Virus record (IMG/VR): IMGVR_UViG_3300046323_000587 | Location: 1-64,000 of that record | Length of the DNA stretch: 64,000 nt | Reading direction: 5' to 3' (one strand) | Part shown: in pieces, positions 10,959 through 21,232 of the stretch | Layout of the letters: each line of letters begins with the position of its first letter | How positions within the stretch are numbered: position 1 is the stretch's first letter | The notes under the pieces: model-generated | The model's database searches: none | What the model was told of the DNA's origin: nothing | The model's input: only the letters and a program-made list of their open reading frames with translations | Program-made: the position numbers and the translations under genes

Positions 10959-12329
10959 ATGGAAAATAACATTAATGAATTATTAGACGAAAATACATTA
11001 AAGAAAGTATATCAAGATACAGTATATCCTTTTAATGTGTATAGATATATGTATGCAAAGTATCCTGGAGTTTATGGATATTTTTATTATGATTATTTAG
11101 ATAAAGAAATAATAGACATAGAAAAAATGTTAAATATTATTAAAAGTATTAAAGGAACAAAAATAAAAACTTTATATAATCTATGTTTGAAATATAATAA
11201 AAATCACAAAAAACCTAGCAACTATCATTCTTACGATATTGTTAAATATAACAATATTTTTAATATTTCTTATATAGGGAAAATTAAAAGATTTTATTCA
11301 AATTATATATTAGATATTAATGATGTAGCTAATTTTCCTAGCACACTTGAATCTAGTGTCAATGGAGATCAAAATATAAATGGAATAAATTTGTTAGAAA
11401 TAAATGAGATTCTCAGCCCTTTACATAATGATGACAGCACTGAAATAAACGGTATTAAAATGCTTTTTGATGGTTGGAGTTTTATTGAAGTAGAAATTGA
11501 AGATTGTCAAGTTGGTTTTATATTTAATGGTACTTTATCTGGAGTATATAGAATTGATGATTTACGTTCTCAAGAGTTAGCTTATACAATTATAGAAGAG
11601 ATGCACAAACTAAAAGACGATTACGATAAACTAAACAAACAAAAGAAATCTAAAATTAATTTTATTACTCAAACCACACAAGGAATGAATTTACAAGAAG
11701 TTGATTTCTTTCTTAAAAATCCAATTAAAGATTTGAGTTTATATTATAACGACAACTTTATTTCTATTGATGCACAAATCAAAAAATTAGTTGATAATAA
11801 AGATAAAGGATTTGTATTACTTCACGGTAAACCAGGCACAGGAAAGTCTAATTACATTGAATATATTACTAAATATTGTATTGATAAAGAAGTTAATTGT
11901 GTGTATTTACCTAACTCTTGTTTATCTATTTTATCTTCACCTAATTTTATCTCTTTTGCATTAGAGCAATTAAAGAATTGTGTGTTGATTATTGAAGATG
12001 CAGAAGAAATACTATTAAATAGAGATGTTAATAGAAATTCAGCTGTAAGTAATTTATTAAATCTTACTGATGGATTGTTGTCTTCTACTATTCAATGTAA
12101 AGTTATTGCAACATTTAATACTAAATTAAAAAATATTGATCCAGCTTTATTAAGAAATGGAAGGTTGACTATTCTGTATGAATTTGATGAATTATCTATT
12201 GATAAAACTAATAATTTAAGAAAATCTCTTGGATTAGAAGAAGGCGTTAAAAAAGAAGTATTGGCTGATATTTTTAATAATGCTACAATAGAGAAGAATG
12301 TTAAAGAAGGAGTAAAGATTGGATTTTAA
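10959..12329 (+). CDS. AAA+ ATPase with an unknown N-terminal region
   Basis: Walker A GKPGTGKS, Walker B LIIEDAE, LLNLTDGLL, SRH IDPALLRNGRL. Confidence 0.9.
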   Translation: MENNINELLDENTLKKVYQDTVYPFNVYRYMYAKYPGVYGYFYYDYLDKEIIDIEKMLNIIKSIKGTKIKTLYNLCLKYNKNHKKPSNYHSYDIVKYNNIFNISYIGKIKRFYSNYILDINDVANFPSTLESSVNGDQNINGINLLEINEILSPLHNDDSTEINGIKMLFDGWSFIEVEIEDCQVGFIFNGTLSGVYRIDDLRSQELAYTIIEEMHKLKDDYDKLNKQKKSKINFITQTTQGMNLQEVDFFLKNPIKDLSLYYNDNFISIDAQIKKLVDNKDKGFVLLHGKPGTGKSNYIEYITKYCIDKEVNCVYLPNSCLSILSSPNFISFALEQLKNCVLIIEDAEEILLNRDVNRNSAVSNLLNLTDGLLSSTIQCKVIATFNTKLKNIDPALLRNGRLTILYEFDELSIDKTNNLRKSLGLEEGVKKEVLADIFNNATIEKNVKEGVKIGF

Positions 12330-12355
12330 TCTAAAATAAATTAAAATAAATTAAA

Positions 12356-12592
12356 ATGGAGATAAAAAAAATTGAAGATTGTGAAATAGAATTAAACAAA
12401 AGAATTTATCTACCTTTTGTTTTAAGTATTATTTGTGAGTGTAGTAATATACTAGAAAATAATTTATCAACTACTTGTTTAAATTATCCTATTATTGGAA
12501 AACCAGAAGAAATTTCTTTTTATTGTAATGAATGTGAAAGAGAATATATAAAAAAGATAAAAGTATTAATAAACATAGAAGAAGTATTATGA
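12356..12592 (+). CDS. small Cys-containing protein
   Basis: CEC and CNECERE motifs, 78 aa. Confidence 0.6.
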   Translation: MEIKKIEDCEIELNKRIYLPFVLSIICECSNILENNLSTTCLNYPIIGKPEEISFYCNECEREYIKKIKVLINIEEVL

Positions 12593-12630
12593 AAATTATT
12601 ACAGGTATGCAATTAAGTTGTAAAAGATGA
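12589..12630 (+). pseudogene. orphan N-terminus of the molybdenum-carrier-like (SLOG) gene
   Basis: ATGA-coupled MKIITGMQ, resembling the family start KIISGGQTGAD, cut off just before the endonuclease. Confidence 0.5.
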
Positions 12631-12653
12631 TCTTCATGTAATTAATTAATTAA

Positions 12654-13595
12654 TTGAAAGCCGTTATGGATAAAACAGAAATATTTTTAAAAAAATGTGT
12701 TAAAATACACGGAGTAAATAAATACGATTTTAGTAAAGTAAAATTTGTAAACAGTAAAACAAAAATAAATCTAACTTGTCTTATATGTAACTATAACTTT
12801 GAAGCATTGCCAGAAAACATATTTAAAATGAAAAATTGTAAAATTTTTACTTATAAAAATTTGAAACAAAATCAAAAAAAATCTAACGACTGGTTTTTAG
12901 AAAAAGTAAAACTAGTTCATAAAGATAAATATTCTTATTTAAATGATTATTTAGGAGCTAAGTCTGTTATTACTATAAAATGCAATATTTGTAATAATAT
13001 TTTTAATCAAAGAGCAAGTAGTCATTTGGAAGGGTTTGGTTGTAAAAAATGTGCTGATAATTTATCTACTAAGACACAACGAACACATTTTTTAGAATTT
13101 GAAAAAAAATGTGATGAATTACACAATAATAAATATATTTATTTTAATGATTTTGTAAATAACAAGTCAAGATTAAAAATACAATGTAAAACTTGTTTGA
13201 ATATATTTGAACAATCTGTATGCGGACATTACAATAAAAAACAAGGTTGTCCTATTTGTAAGTTTTCAAAAGGAGAAGTTGTAGTACAGAAATATTTAGA
13301 TATTAATAATATAAATTATGAAACTCAAAAAAAATTTAAAGATTGTAGAAACAAATTACCTTTAAGGTTTGATTTTTATTTGCCTGATTACAACACTTGT
13401 GTTGAATTTGATGGTCTTCAACATTTTGTGAACGTATCTATATTTAAAAACAGTTTTGAGTATGTTGCAAATAATGATAAAATAAAACAAGATTATTGCA
13501 ATAGTAAAAATATTAAATTATTAAGAATTTCTTATAAAGAAATAAAAAATGTTTGCAAAATACTAGATAATTTTATACTTAATTTTAAAAATTAA
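12654..13595 (+). mobile_element. homing endonuclease-like gene (zinc-ribbon repeats plus Vsr/EDxHD-type nuclease)
   Basis: Three repeats of H..KY.Y...I.CxxC..F...GCxxC; C-terminal SKGE..RFDFYLPDYNTCVEFDGLQHF. Confidence 0.75.
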
Positions 13596-14067
13596 AATAG
13601 TGTCTGGTTTTAATACAGGAGCAGATTTTGCAGCAATTAAAGCTGCAAAAGATAATGGAATGGAAACAAGTGGTTATATGCCGAAAGGTTATAGAACTGA
13701 GAAAGGAACTAAACCTGAGTATGCTGAATTATATGGAGCAGTAGAACATAGTAATTAGGATTATTTAAGCAGAACTTTACAAAATGTACTAGATAGTAAT
13801 TGTACCATTATATTTGAATATATTTTGTCGTCAGGTAGTTCTAATACAGTTTATTATTGTAATAAATATAATAAACCTTATATGAGATTATATGATTATG
13901 AAATAGATGATAAGCATATTGTAAATAAAATTCTTACTTTTATAATAATAAAAAACCCAAAAATATTAAACATTGCAGGTAATAGAGAATCAGTATGTAA
14001 TGGAATTGGAGATAAAGTTTACAAGATTATGAATGAAGTATTTAAACAATTAAATAATTTAAAATAA
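13588..14067 (+). pseudogene. putative molybdenum carrier / SLOG-family gene with in-frame TAG
   Basis: KIVSGFNTGADFAAIKAA..GYMPKGYRTE..HSN*DYLSRTLQNVLDS..ILNIAGNRES; TAG at 13756; no ATG in this frame. Confidence 0.75.
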
Positions 14068-14077
14068 CTTAAATAAT

Positions 14078-14719
14078 ATGGCAGGAATATTTACAGGAAC
14101 GGTAAGTAAAAGCATTACAGTTAGAAGAAACATTGTTATAACAGATATTTACAATATTATAAAATATCTTAATGTAAAAAGAAGAACTAAAAGTTAGTTT
14201 AATTAATAAAAGTAATTGGTTCAATTTAAATAGATAATAATTAAAAAAAAAATTAAACTCTAATGGATTTAATTCATATAAAATATTTGATGTTGGTAGT
14301 AATATTTGTATTTGCACAACTATACTAAATACAAAAGAAACAAAAGAAATTTTAAAACAGAAAAAAGCTTTATATTATGAATGTTTTCATAGATTAAATT
14401 TTTGGAATGGAGAGTATAGTGGTATTAAAGAATCAATCGAATTAAAAAAGACTATAAAAAAATAGATAAAGAATATTATGATTCTATTGTTCTAGGTGAA
14501 ATTTCTATTAAAAGTGGGATAATTGGAGCATTTTTATTAAGAGATATTTTAGAAATTATTCCTCATTTTAAAGAAGAGTTAGATAAAACTGATAATATAA
14601 CTATTATTAAGGATTTTCAAGACAAAATTTATATAAAAGCTGCCAACTATCCAAAAACAGAAATTTCTATTACAGGAAAAGAAAATATCAATTTTTATAC
14701 GTTACAAACAAAAATTTAA
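14078..14719 (+). pseudogene. multiply frameshifted hypothetical gene
   Basis: ATG 14078; coding-like segments switch frame at A runs; explains the minus-strand shadow ORF. Confidence 0.45.
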
Positions 14720-14726
14720 GATACTT

Positions 14727-15610
14727 ATGAAACCATTTGTAAATAACACAGTATTAAATAGTTTTGATGATTTAAAAGGTTTTGTTCTTTGTAGTAATTT
14801 CCCTAATACAGATTTATATTTATTTAATAAAGAAGATTTAGAACAGGGAGCTACACCTTTTTATGGAATAAACGATTTACCAGAAGAGATTTTAAAACAA
14901 TATAAAGAAGACAAAATTAACACGGTCAGTACATTTGAATTTGTTAAAGAATATGATCACAGTAAAGAAAAATCATTTTCCTTATTAAAAATCAATAAAG
15001 TATTAAAAGAAACAAATCATAAAAAACTATTAAATGAATCTGAAATCAATTTTATACTTGAATACAACAGATTTAATGAGCCTAGTGGAAACACCGAACA
15101 AGGTATTTATTATGGTGTAGTTGTTATAAATAAAACTGATTGTTTTATTATTAGCGTTTCTGATTGTGAATTAGATTGTTGTGGAAATTATGATTTAGCC
15201 TACAAGAAATATGATATTAAAGGATTTGATTTAAATAAAATCTTAAAAGAAACTAAATAAATTAAATTAGATATATTTTATATGACTGTAGGAGATATTT
15301 TATGGTTGCAATTGTAAAGTTACAAATAATTTAAAACAAATATTAAAATTATATGGATTTGTCTTATAAAGAATATAAAATATTTTTTGTTTCTAAATTA
15401 CCAGAACAAATAAAAGACTATTTTAAAAAATATAACGATTCAAAAACTAAATACATTGGATTATTTTTTGATATAGGAAAAAAAGACTCTGACAATAGTA
15501 TTTCTGTATATGGAGAACTTTTAACAAAATCAGAAGAGTTGTATAGTATTCATAATTACTTTATAAGATTTGAAGAAGAAACAATTATGATTTATTATGA
15601 TGAAGTTTAA
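14727..15610 (+). other. two hypothetical CDSs (14727-15260, 15353-15610)
   Basis: 177 and 85 aa; the second shares VYGELLTK with LYGEELTK of 24790-25062. Confidence 0.65.
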
Positions 15611-15658
15611 ATCTTCTAAATAAAAATTAAACATTTTAAACACTTTAATAATTAAACT

Positions 15659-16075
15659 ATGAGAACTATAAAATTTAATGTTTATGATAATTACTTAAAA
15701 CAATTTATTTGTAAAGGAATACATATCTTAGGAGAAACTCTATTATTTGGTATGATAGAAAACTATTGTGATAAAAATCCTAATACTAACTATAAATATT
15801 CTATTCAAAGATTTGATGATATTGTATTTATACAATTTATAGGCTTGTTTGATAAAAATGGAGTAGAGATATATGAAGGAGATATTGTTAAAGACACAAG
15901 AAACTTTAAAAAAGAGATAAATATAAGACAAGTTGTATTTAAAATAGAATGTGGAGGATATGTTCTTTGTGAAAAAGATTTGTATTATAACTTTTCAATA
16001 AGTGCTGCAAATACAGGAGAGTGTAATCATTTAGAAGTAATTGGAAATATTTATGAAAATTTTGAATTAATTTAA
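15659..16075 (+). CDS. YopX family protein
   Basis: MRTIKF..QFIGLFDKNGVEIYEGDIV..LEVIGNIYEN signature. Confidence 0.9.
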   Translation: MRTIKFNVYDNYLKQFICKGIHILGETLLFGMIENYCDKNPNTNYKYSIQRFDDIVFIQFIGLFDKNGVEIYEGDIVKDTRNFKKEINIRQVVFKIECGGYVLCEKDLYYNFSISAANTGECNHLEVIGNIYENFELI

Positions 16076-16087
16076 TCAAACAATTGT

Positions 16088-16462
16088 ATGATAAACAAAA
16101 TCACTATACACTTAATTACAATCTATTTTTTACATAAAATTTATTTACCAATAATTAAATTCTTAATTGTGTCTTATTTAAACATCTTTCACAATATAAA
16201 AATTGGTAGTAAATTCATTTATATTAAATTTGAAAACCATAAAACAGCTAATATTCAAGTTAGTCAAATTAAAGAATTTAATATTGATTGGGACGGAAAA
16301 ATTTTATTTGATGTAACTTTAATATTTTCTGTTCATTATAATGAATCTTATAGTAAAGGTTATTATAGTCTATCAGATATATTAGCAATAAAAGATAGTC
16401 AAAAATGGATCAATATTAAATTGAAAGATTACGATTATACATTACCAGAACATTTAAATTGA
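16088..16462 (+). CDS. hypothetical protein
   Basis: 124-aa ORF with a hydrophobic N-terminus. Confidence 0.6.
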   Translation: MINKITIHLITIYFLHKIYLPIIKFLIVSYLNIFHNIKIGSKFIYIKFENHKTANIQVSQIKEFNIDWDGKILFDVTLIFSVHYNESYSKGYYSLSDILAIKDSQKWINIKLKDYDYTLPEHLN

Positions 16463-16467
16463 GTTGT

Positions 16468-16502
16468 AAGCCTTTCTAATGTATTTTAGAAAGGTTTTTT
16501 TA
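16468..16502 (+). terminator. intrinsic terminator
   Basis: AAGCCTTTCTAA..TTAGAAAGGTTT plus T run, directly before toxin-like gene 4. Confidence 0.75.
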
Positions 16503-16528
16503 TTTTTTAATTTAAATCAAATACTATT

Positions 16529-17551
16529 ATGACTGTACTAATATTAAAAATTAATAAAAAAAAAGTTATTAGAAAACAACCAAAGAATAAATTAACTATT
16601 AAATTATTATTTATTGTTAGTACAATCCTTTCAATAGGAATTTATTTTGTTTATAAAGAATATAAAGAAAGTTATTACAATGATTTAGAAATAAGACTAA
16701 TAAATAAACTTCCATTATCTCAAAAAGAAAAAAACGATTTATGTAAATATTTTTTAGGTACTGATAAAGAAAAATATAAAAAATATTGTTTAAATCAAGA
16801 TACTTCTATTAATAATTTATTAGAGAAATACCTATACAATAGAACAAATATTTCTTATACAGATAGTATAAAAATAGATTCAATTTATCTAGATTTCTTT
16901 AAAAAATTAGACAAAGCTAGATCAATAGAAAATAAAACTGGTAAAAATTTACTAACAGAATCTAAAAAAGTGGTAAATAGTTACAAAGAATATATAAGAA
17001 GAATTAAACATAAAATAAAATACAATGTATCTACAAAAGATATTTATTTATTGACTTTATATGTATATACTCAAATAACAAATGAGAAAATTTTAAATAA
17101 TTATGAGTTTTTTGTTTCTTATAAAAAACATAAGATTATAGTAAATAAATTTTCTTTATTACATATAATAGTTAGACATTATTTTATAAGCAATTATTAC
17201 ATAAATAACAATTCTACTTTATATAAATATACTACTTATAATGAATTAATCATAGAACTACAAAAATTTTTAAAAGCTATTTCTTTTTCTGAACAAATTG
17301 ATAAAACTGTATTATTTGAAAGTAGTCAATCTAAAGATATACAGAATTATAGTGTTTATATGTTTAATGATTCTGTAAAATTAGATTTACATCTAATTAA
17401 ACTTAAAAATACTTTTTTTGTTGAAACATTTTTTGTTCACGATAGTAGTGCAGTATCTAATTTATCTGACAATAGAAAAATAAAAACAACCAATTGTAAT
17501 TATTATAATCTAATTAATAACGTAAAAATATTTTATAAAGATGATAAATAA
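16529..17551 (+). CDS. TM-anchored HIxxxH protein 4 (putative RNase toxin, clade B)
   Basis: K-rich N-terminus, TM LLFIVSTILSIGIYFVY, CX14C, SLLHIIVRH, LYKYTTYNELI, FVETFFVH. Confidence 0.6.
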   Translation: MTVLILKINKKKVIRKQPKNKLTIKLLFIVSTILSIGIYFVYKEYKESYYNDLEIRLINKLPLSQKEKNDLCKYFLGTDKEKYKKYCLNQDTSINNLLEKYLYNRTNISYTDSIKIDSIYLDFFKKLDKARSIENKTGKNLLTESKKVVNSYKEYIRRIKHKIKYNVSTKDIYLLTLYVYTQITNEKILNNYEFFVSYKKHKIIVNKFSLLHIIVRHYFISNYYINNNSTLYKYTTYNELIIELQKFLKAISFSEQIDKTVLFESSQSKDIQNYSVYMFNDSVKLDLHLIKLKNTFFVETFFVHDSSAVSNLSDNRKIKTTNCNYYNLINNVKIFYKDDK

Positions 17552-17903
17552 TAACATAAAAGTAATTTGTAAACATTCACAAGATTTTGAATATTTAATT
17601 TTAGAGAATAAATTACCAATAGCAACTAAATATGTAGAAGAATCTAAAATTTTAAAAGAATTGTTAAATTATAAAGACTTTCTACCTTCTAGTTTTTATC
17701 TAAATTTACTTGATTTATTTATTGAACCTTGTGAAACAATAGAAAATTGTGAAGTAAATCCATATTATTTTTATTATTTTGATGAAGAAAGTTTGTACTC
17801 AATTAATGAATTTAAAAATTTATTGTTTAATAAAGAGTATATAACTAAAATAATTGTTAATTATAATTCAATAGAGATAGTATACAATATTTATAAAAAT
17901 TGA
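17541..17903 (+). CDS. family B partner (putative immunity)
   Basis: IKVIC..LPI..YLNLLDL..ITKIIVNYNSIEIVY; overlaps the toxin stop. Confidence 0.55.
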   Translation: MINNNIKVICKHSQDFEYLILENKLPIATKYVEESKILKELLNYKDFLPSSFYLNLLDLFIEPCETIENCEVNPYYFYYFDEESLYSINEFKNLLFNKEYITKIIVNYNSIEIVYNIYKN

Positions 17904-17907
17904 CACA

Positions 17908-18666
17908 ATGAAAAATACAAAGATTAAAGTTTTTTGTTTTAATAAATCTGAAACAAACTATGCAGAATTTTCTAATTTAATTCCAATATATTTAAGTGAA
18001 TATGTAGAAGAGTTTAAAAATATTTTTGGATTTGAAAACATTACTTCAAATAAAGTATTGCTAAATATAGACTTGTTATCAATAAAGAATATTTCTTACG
18101 AAAACTATACTGAGATGTTTTGTTTTAATCCAAATAATTTTTTACAAATAAGATTATTAAGAGAACTGTTTGATTTTAGTAGACATATTTCTTCAATACA
18201 AATAAAGAAAAATTCAATAGCTATTACTAAAACCAGTAAAGAAAACTATATCTACAAAAAAAAAGAATATATTCCTTTAAATTTAAATGAAAATAAAGAT
18301 TGTAGAGTAAGATATTGGTTTAGTAAAGGTTATGTTGATGGAAGCTTTTACTATGAACAAGTAAATAAAGTAAATATTAATTTAGGAATATATTTAAAAG
18401 AATTTGAAGAACTGTTTGGATTTAAAGACATATCAACTTCGAATATAATTTTAGATATTGAAAATAATACAATAGAGCCTAATACTTTTATTGAATATCT
18501 TAAAAAAGACGGTACACCAGAAATAGAATTTAATCCTCACATTATTTTTATTGTAGGTATTTTGAAAGAGTTGATTTCCAGTGATAAAATAAAAGCAGTT
18601 GATATCTATTCAGATAAAATAAAAATCGAAAAACATTCTAATACAAATATTTGTAATTATTATTAA
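17908..18666 (+). CDS. family B partner, two tandem domains
   Basis: 252 aa with two copies (IPIYLSEYVEEFKNIFGF / LGIYLKEFEELFGF). Confidence 0.55.
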   Translation: MKNTKIKVFCFNKSETNYAEFSNLIPIYLSEYVEEFKNIFGFENITSNKVLLNIDLLSIKNISYENYTEMFCFNPNNFLQIRLLRELFDFSRHISSIQIKKNSIAITKTSKENYIYKKKEYIPLNLNENKDCRVRYWFSKGYVDGSFYYEQVNKVNINLGIYLKEFEELFGFKDISTSNIILDIENNTIEPNTFIEYLKKDGTPEIEFNPHIIFIVGILKELISSDKIKAVDIYSDKIKIEKHSNTNICNYY

Positions 18667-18672
18667 TGCTTT

Positions 18673-19011
18673 ATGAAAATAATTTGTAAACAGTTTATTG
18701 ACAATTCTTATAAAGCATATATAAATAAAATACCAATTTTAGCAAGACATAAAAAAGATTGTTATAATATATTAGATAACGATTTTTTATTAGAAAAAGA
18801 ATATATAACTAAAACTTTTTATTACTTAGATTTAACAGATTTATCTATACAAATTGCTTCTGAAATTTCAATTGAATATAATTATTATTTATTAGATCAA
18901 GAAAATCAACAATCGGTCGATTTTTTAAGTAATATTTTAATTGATTTATCTAGTATTTCTCAAATTATTATAGAAGAAAATAATATACAAATAACTTATA
19001 AATATAAATAA
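18673..19011 (+). CDS. family B partner (putative immunity)
   Basis: MKIIC..IPI..YYLDLTDL..ISQIIIEENNIQITYKY. Confidence 0.55.
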   Translation: MKIICKQFIDNSYKAYINKIPILARHKKDCYNILDNDFLLEKEYITKTFYYLDLTDLSIQIASEISIEYNYYLLDQENQQSVDFLSNILIDLSSISQIIIEENNIQITYKYK

Positions 19012-19012
19012 T

Positions 19013-19369
19013 ATGGATCAAGATAGAATAGAAGTAATTTGTTGGAATAACGAATTGAATACTTCTGAAAAATTTTATAATGAGATTCCTATCTATATTG
19101 GTGAATATAAAAAAGAGTTTAAAGATTTATTTGCTGTTTCTAGTATAATAGAAGATTATGTTTTTATAGATTTAGTAAATTTAAAAGTAAGTAATCTTAA
19201 AATATCAGAAGAGAATAAAAAATATTGGAAACAATGGATTCAATTTCATCCTGATAACAGTTTCTTAATTAAGAAACTAAAAGAGATTCTTAAATACTCT
19301 GAAAATGTTGATAAAATAGAAATAAAGCAAAATGAATTAATTATTCAGTATAAAATAAATAATAATTAA
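19013..19369 (+). CDS. family B partner (putative immunity)
   Basis: IEVIC..IPIYIGEY..FIDLVNL..VDKIEIKQNELIIQY. Confidence 0.55.
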   Translation: MDQDRIEVICWNNELNTSEKFYNEIPIYIGEYKKEFKDLFAVSSIIEDYVFIDLVNLKVSNLKISEENKKYWKQWIQFHPDNSFLIKKLKEILKYSENVDKIEIKQNELIIQYKINNN

Positions 19370-19371
19370 TT

Positions 19372-19746
19372 ATGATACAAGTAATATGCGAACACAGAAA
19401 TAATGAAGAACCTTTGATTTTAATTGATAAGTTACCTATATCAGGACCATTTCAAGAAGACATAAATAAATTAACTTCTTTTCTTAATATTTCTAAGATA
19501 AACCACACAGACTTTTATTTAAATTTAATTGACTTTACTGCAATAGAGACAGAGGAATTCTTTTTTGATGATAATAATTTATATTGCTATTTTTATTTAG
19601 ATACAGATTATCAAGATTCATTAAATCAATTGAAACATATTGTAAATAATGTATCTAATATAAAAAGTATAACAATAAAGTTTGAGTCTATTTTAATAGA
19701 ATATTATAGTCATACTAATTTTGTAGACGTACATAAATTAATGTAA
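19372..19746 (+). CDS. family B partner (putative immunity)
   Basis: IQVIC..LPI..YLNLIDF..IKSITIKFESILIEY. Confidence 0.55.
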   Translation: MIQVICEHRNNEEPLILIDKLPISGPFQEDINKLTSFLNISKINHTDFYLNLIDFTAIETEEFFFDDNNLYCYFYLDTDYQDSLNQLKHIVNNVSNIKSITIKFESILIEYYSHTNFVDVHKLM

Positions 19747-19790
19747 ATTTTACACTGAATTTTTAACCTCAAATCTTAATTTTAAATTTT

Positions 19791-20306
19791 ATGCTAAGAA
19801 AACTAAAAAGTAAGTCATTAGACGTTTATTATAATTTCAAATACGGTATTTCAAATCTTTTCACTTGGTTTAAAATCATTTGGAGTAATAGAGATTACGA
19901 CCAATGGTATATCTATGAAATACTTAAATTCAAACTTGAAAGACAATCTAAATATATTAGAAATCACGATACAATAGAAAGTAATAAAGAAATATCTGAT
20001 AAAATTAATTTAATTGTAAAATTAATTAAATTAGAACAAGAAGATTATTATTCTAATGAATATTCTGAATATTGTAAAGTCGAGTATAATTTAGACTTCT
20101 TTAACAGAAATATAGTAGAAGAAAGATTTGAAGATTACTTTAAAAAATATAAACGACAATACAAAATATTGTTGAAAACTTATCCAGAATTAAAAGAAGA
20201 ATCAAAAGAATGTATTGCAATTAATCTAGGACAACAAAACCAGAATCGTTGTAAAGAATTGATTTTTAAATTACTTTCTAGAAATATTAATACATTCTGG
20301 GATTAG
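19791..20306 (+). CDS. hypothetical protein
   Basis: 171 aa, YGISNLFTWFKIIWSNRDYD; function unknown. Confidence 0.7.
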   Translation: MLRKLKSKSLDVYYNFKYGISNLFTWFKIIWSNRDYDQWYIYEILKFKLERQSKYIRNHDTIESNKEISDKINLIVKLIKLEQEDYYSNEYSEYCKVEYNLDFFNRNIVEERFEDYFKKYKRQYKILLKTYPELKEESKECIAINLGQQNQNRCKELIFKLLSRNINTFWD

Positions 20307-20316
20307 TTTTAAAGTG

Positions 20317-20399
20317 ATTTTATTCGATTTGAGAGATTTTAAATGTTTTTTAGTACAAACACTAAGATAAAAAGTAAAATCTTTCAAATCGAATAAAAT
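20317..20399. repeat. long intergenic inverted repeat (25-bp arms)
   Basis: ATTTTATTCGATTTGAGAGATTTTA / TAAAATCTTTCAAATCGAATAAAAT; the single mismatch is a G-U pair. Confidence 0.9.
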
Positions 20400-20448
20400 T
20401 GATTGATTTAACATTTAATAAAATTGTTAACTTTACTTCAAATTAATT

Positions 20449-20769
20449 ATGAATGACTATTGGATTAAAGCAATTGATTACTTTAATAGTATAGAAGAAG
20501 ACACTAAATTAGAACTAAAATTTTATCTTACATTTTATCCAGAAGAAAGATATTATACAAAATATTTTAATTGTAAGTCAAATTGTATAAATCATATTAA
20601 TAAAATAGTGTACAGACAAATTCGTATTGAAGGTTTGTCACCGGATATTATGGATTGTATTTTTGCAACAGAAGAAGAAGATGAAGATTGTTCAGATACA
20701 TTCAAAATGGAAAGAAAATATTATTTACAAACTATTTTTAAAGAATTTGTTAAAATAGTAAAAGAATAA
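20449..20769 (+). CDS. hypothetical protein, paralog of 20912-21232
   Basis: IDYFNSI..YLTFYP..INKIV..IEGLSP. Confidence 0.75.
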   Translation: MNDYWIKAIDYFNSIEEDTKLELKFYLTFYPEERYYTKYFNCKSNCINHINKIVYRQIRIEGLSPDIMDCIFATEEEDEDCSDTFKMERKYYLQTIFKEFVKIVKE

Positions 20770-20779
20770 AATATTAAAT

Positions 20780-20854
20780 TAATTAATTTAAGACATTTTT
20801 ATACTCACTTGAAGTTTGATATTACTTTCGAAATTAAGTGTCTTAAATCGATTA
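20780..20854. repeat. long intergenic inverted repeat (19-bp arms)
   Basis: TAATTAATTTAAGACATTT / AAGTGTCTTAAATCGATTA; 16/19 Watson-Crick plus two G-U. Confidence 0.75.
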
Positions 20855-20911
20855 AAAATTATGTAAATCAGGTTTAATTTATTATTTATTTTAAAATTTC
20901 ATCATAAAATT

Positions 20912-21232
20912 ATGAATAATTACTATAAAAAATCAATAGAATATTTTAATTCAATTCAAGAAGTTGAACCATTAGTATTAGATATTTATCTTACTTATTA
21001 TCCATTAGATATTCATCACATTAAAGAATTTGAAACTAAACAAGAATGTATCGAATATATTAATAAAATAGTGTTTGGTGAAATTGTTATTGAAGGAATG
21101 GCACCAACAATAGAAGATTGTATTGGTATTATGACATATCCAGAAAATGAATTAGATGAACACGATATTTTATTAAAACAATATTATTTAGAAATAATTT
21201 TTAAAGGCTATGTCAAAAGAAAGAAAAATTAA
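20912..21232 (+). CDS. hypothetical protein, paralog of 20449-20769
   Basis: IEYFNSI..YLTYYP..INKIV..IEGMAP. Confidence 0.75.
   Translation: MNNYYKKSIEYFNSIQEVEPLVLDIYLTYYPLDIHHIKEFETKQECIEYINKIVFGEIVIEGMAPTIEDCIGIMTYPENELDEHDILLKQYYLEIIFKGYVKRKKN

Noticed and set aside
12601-13602. Group I intron around the endonuclease
   Set aside because: The U/G boundaries are suggestive, but the flanks are too short and no P3-P7 core could be identified by eye.
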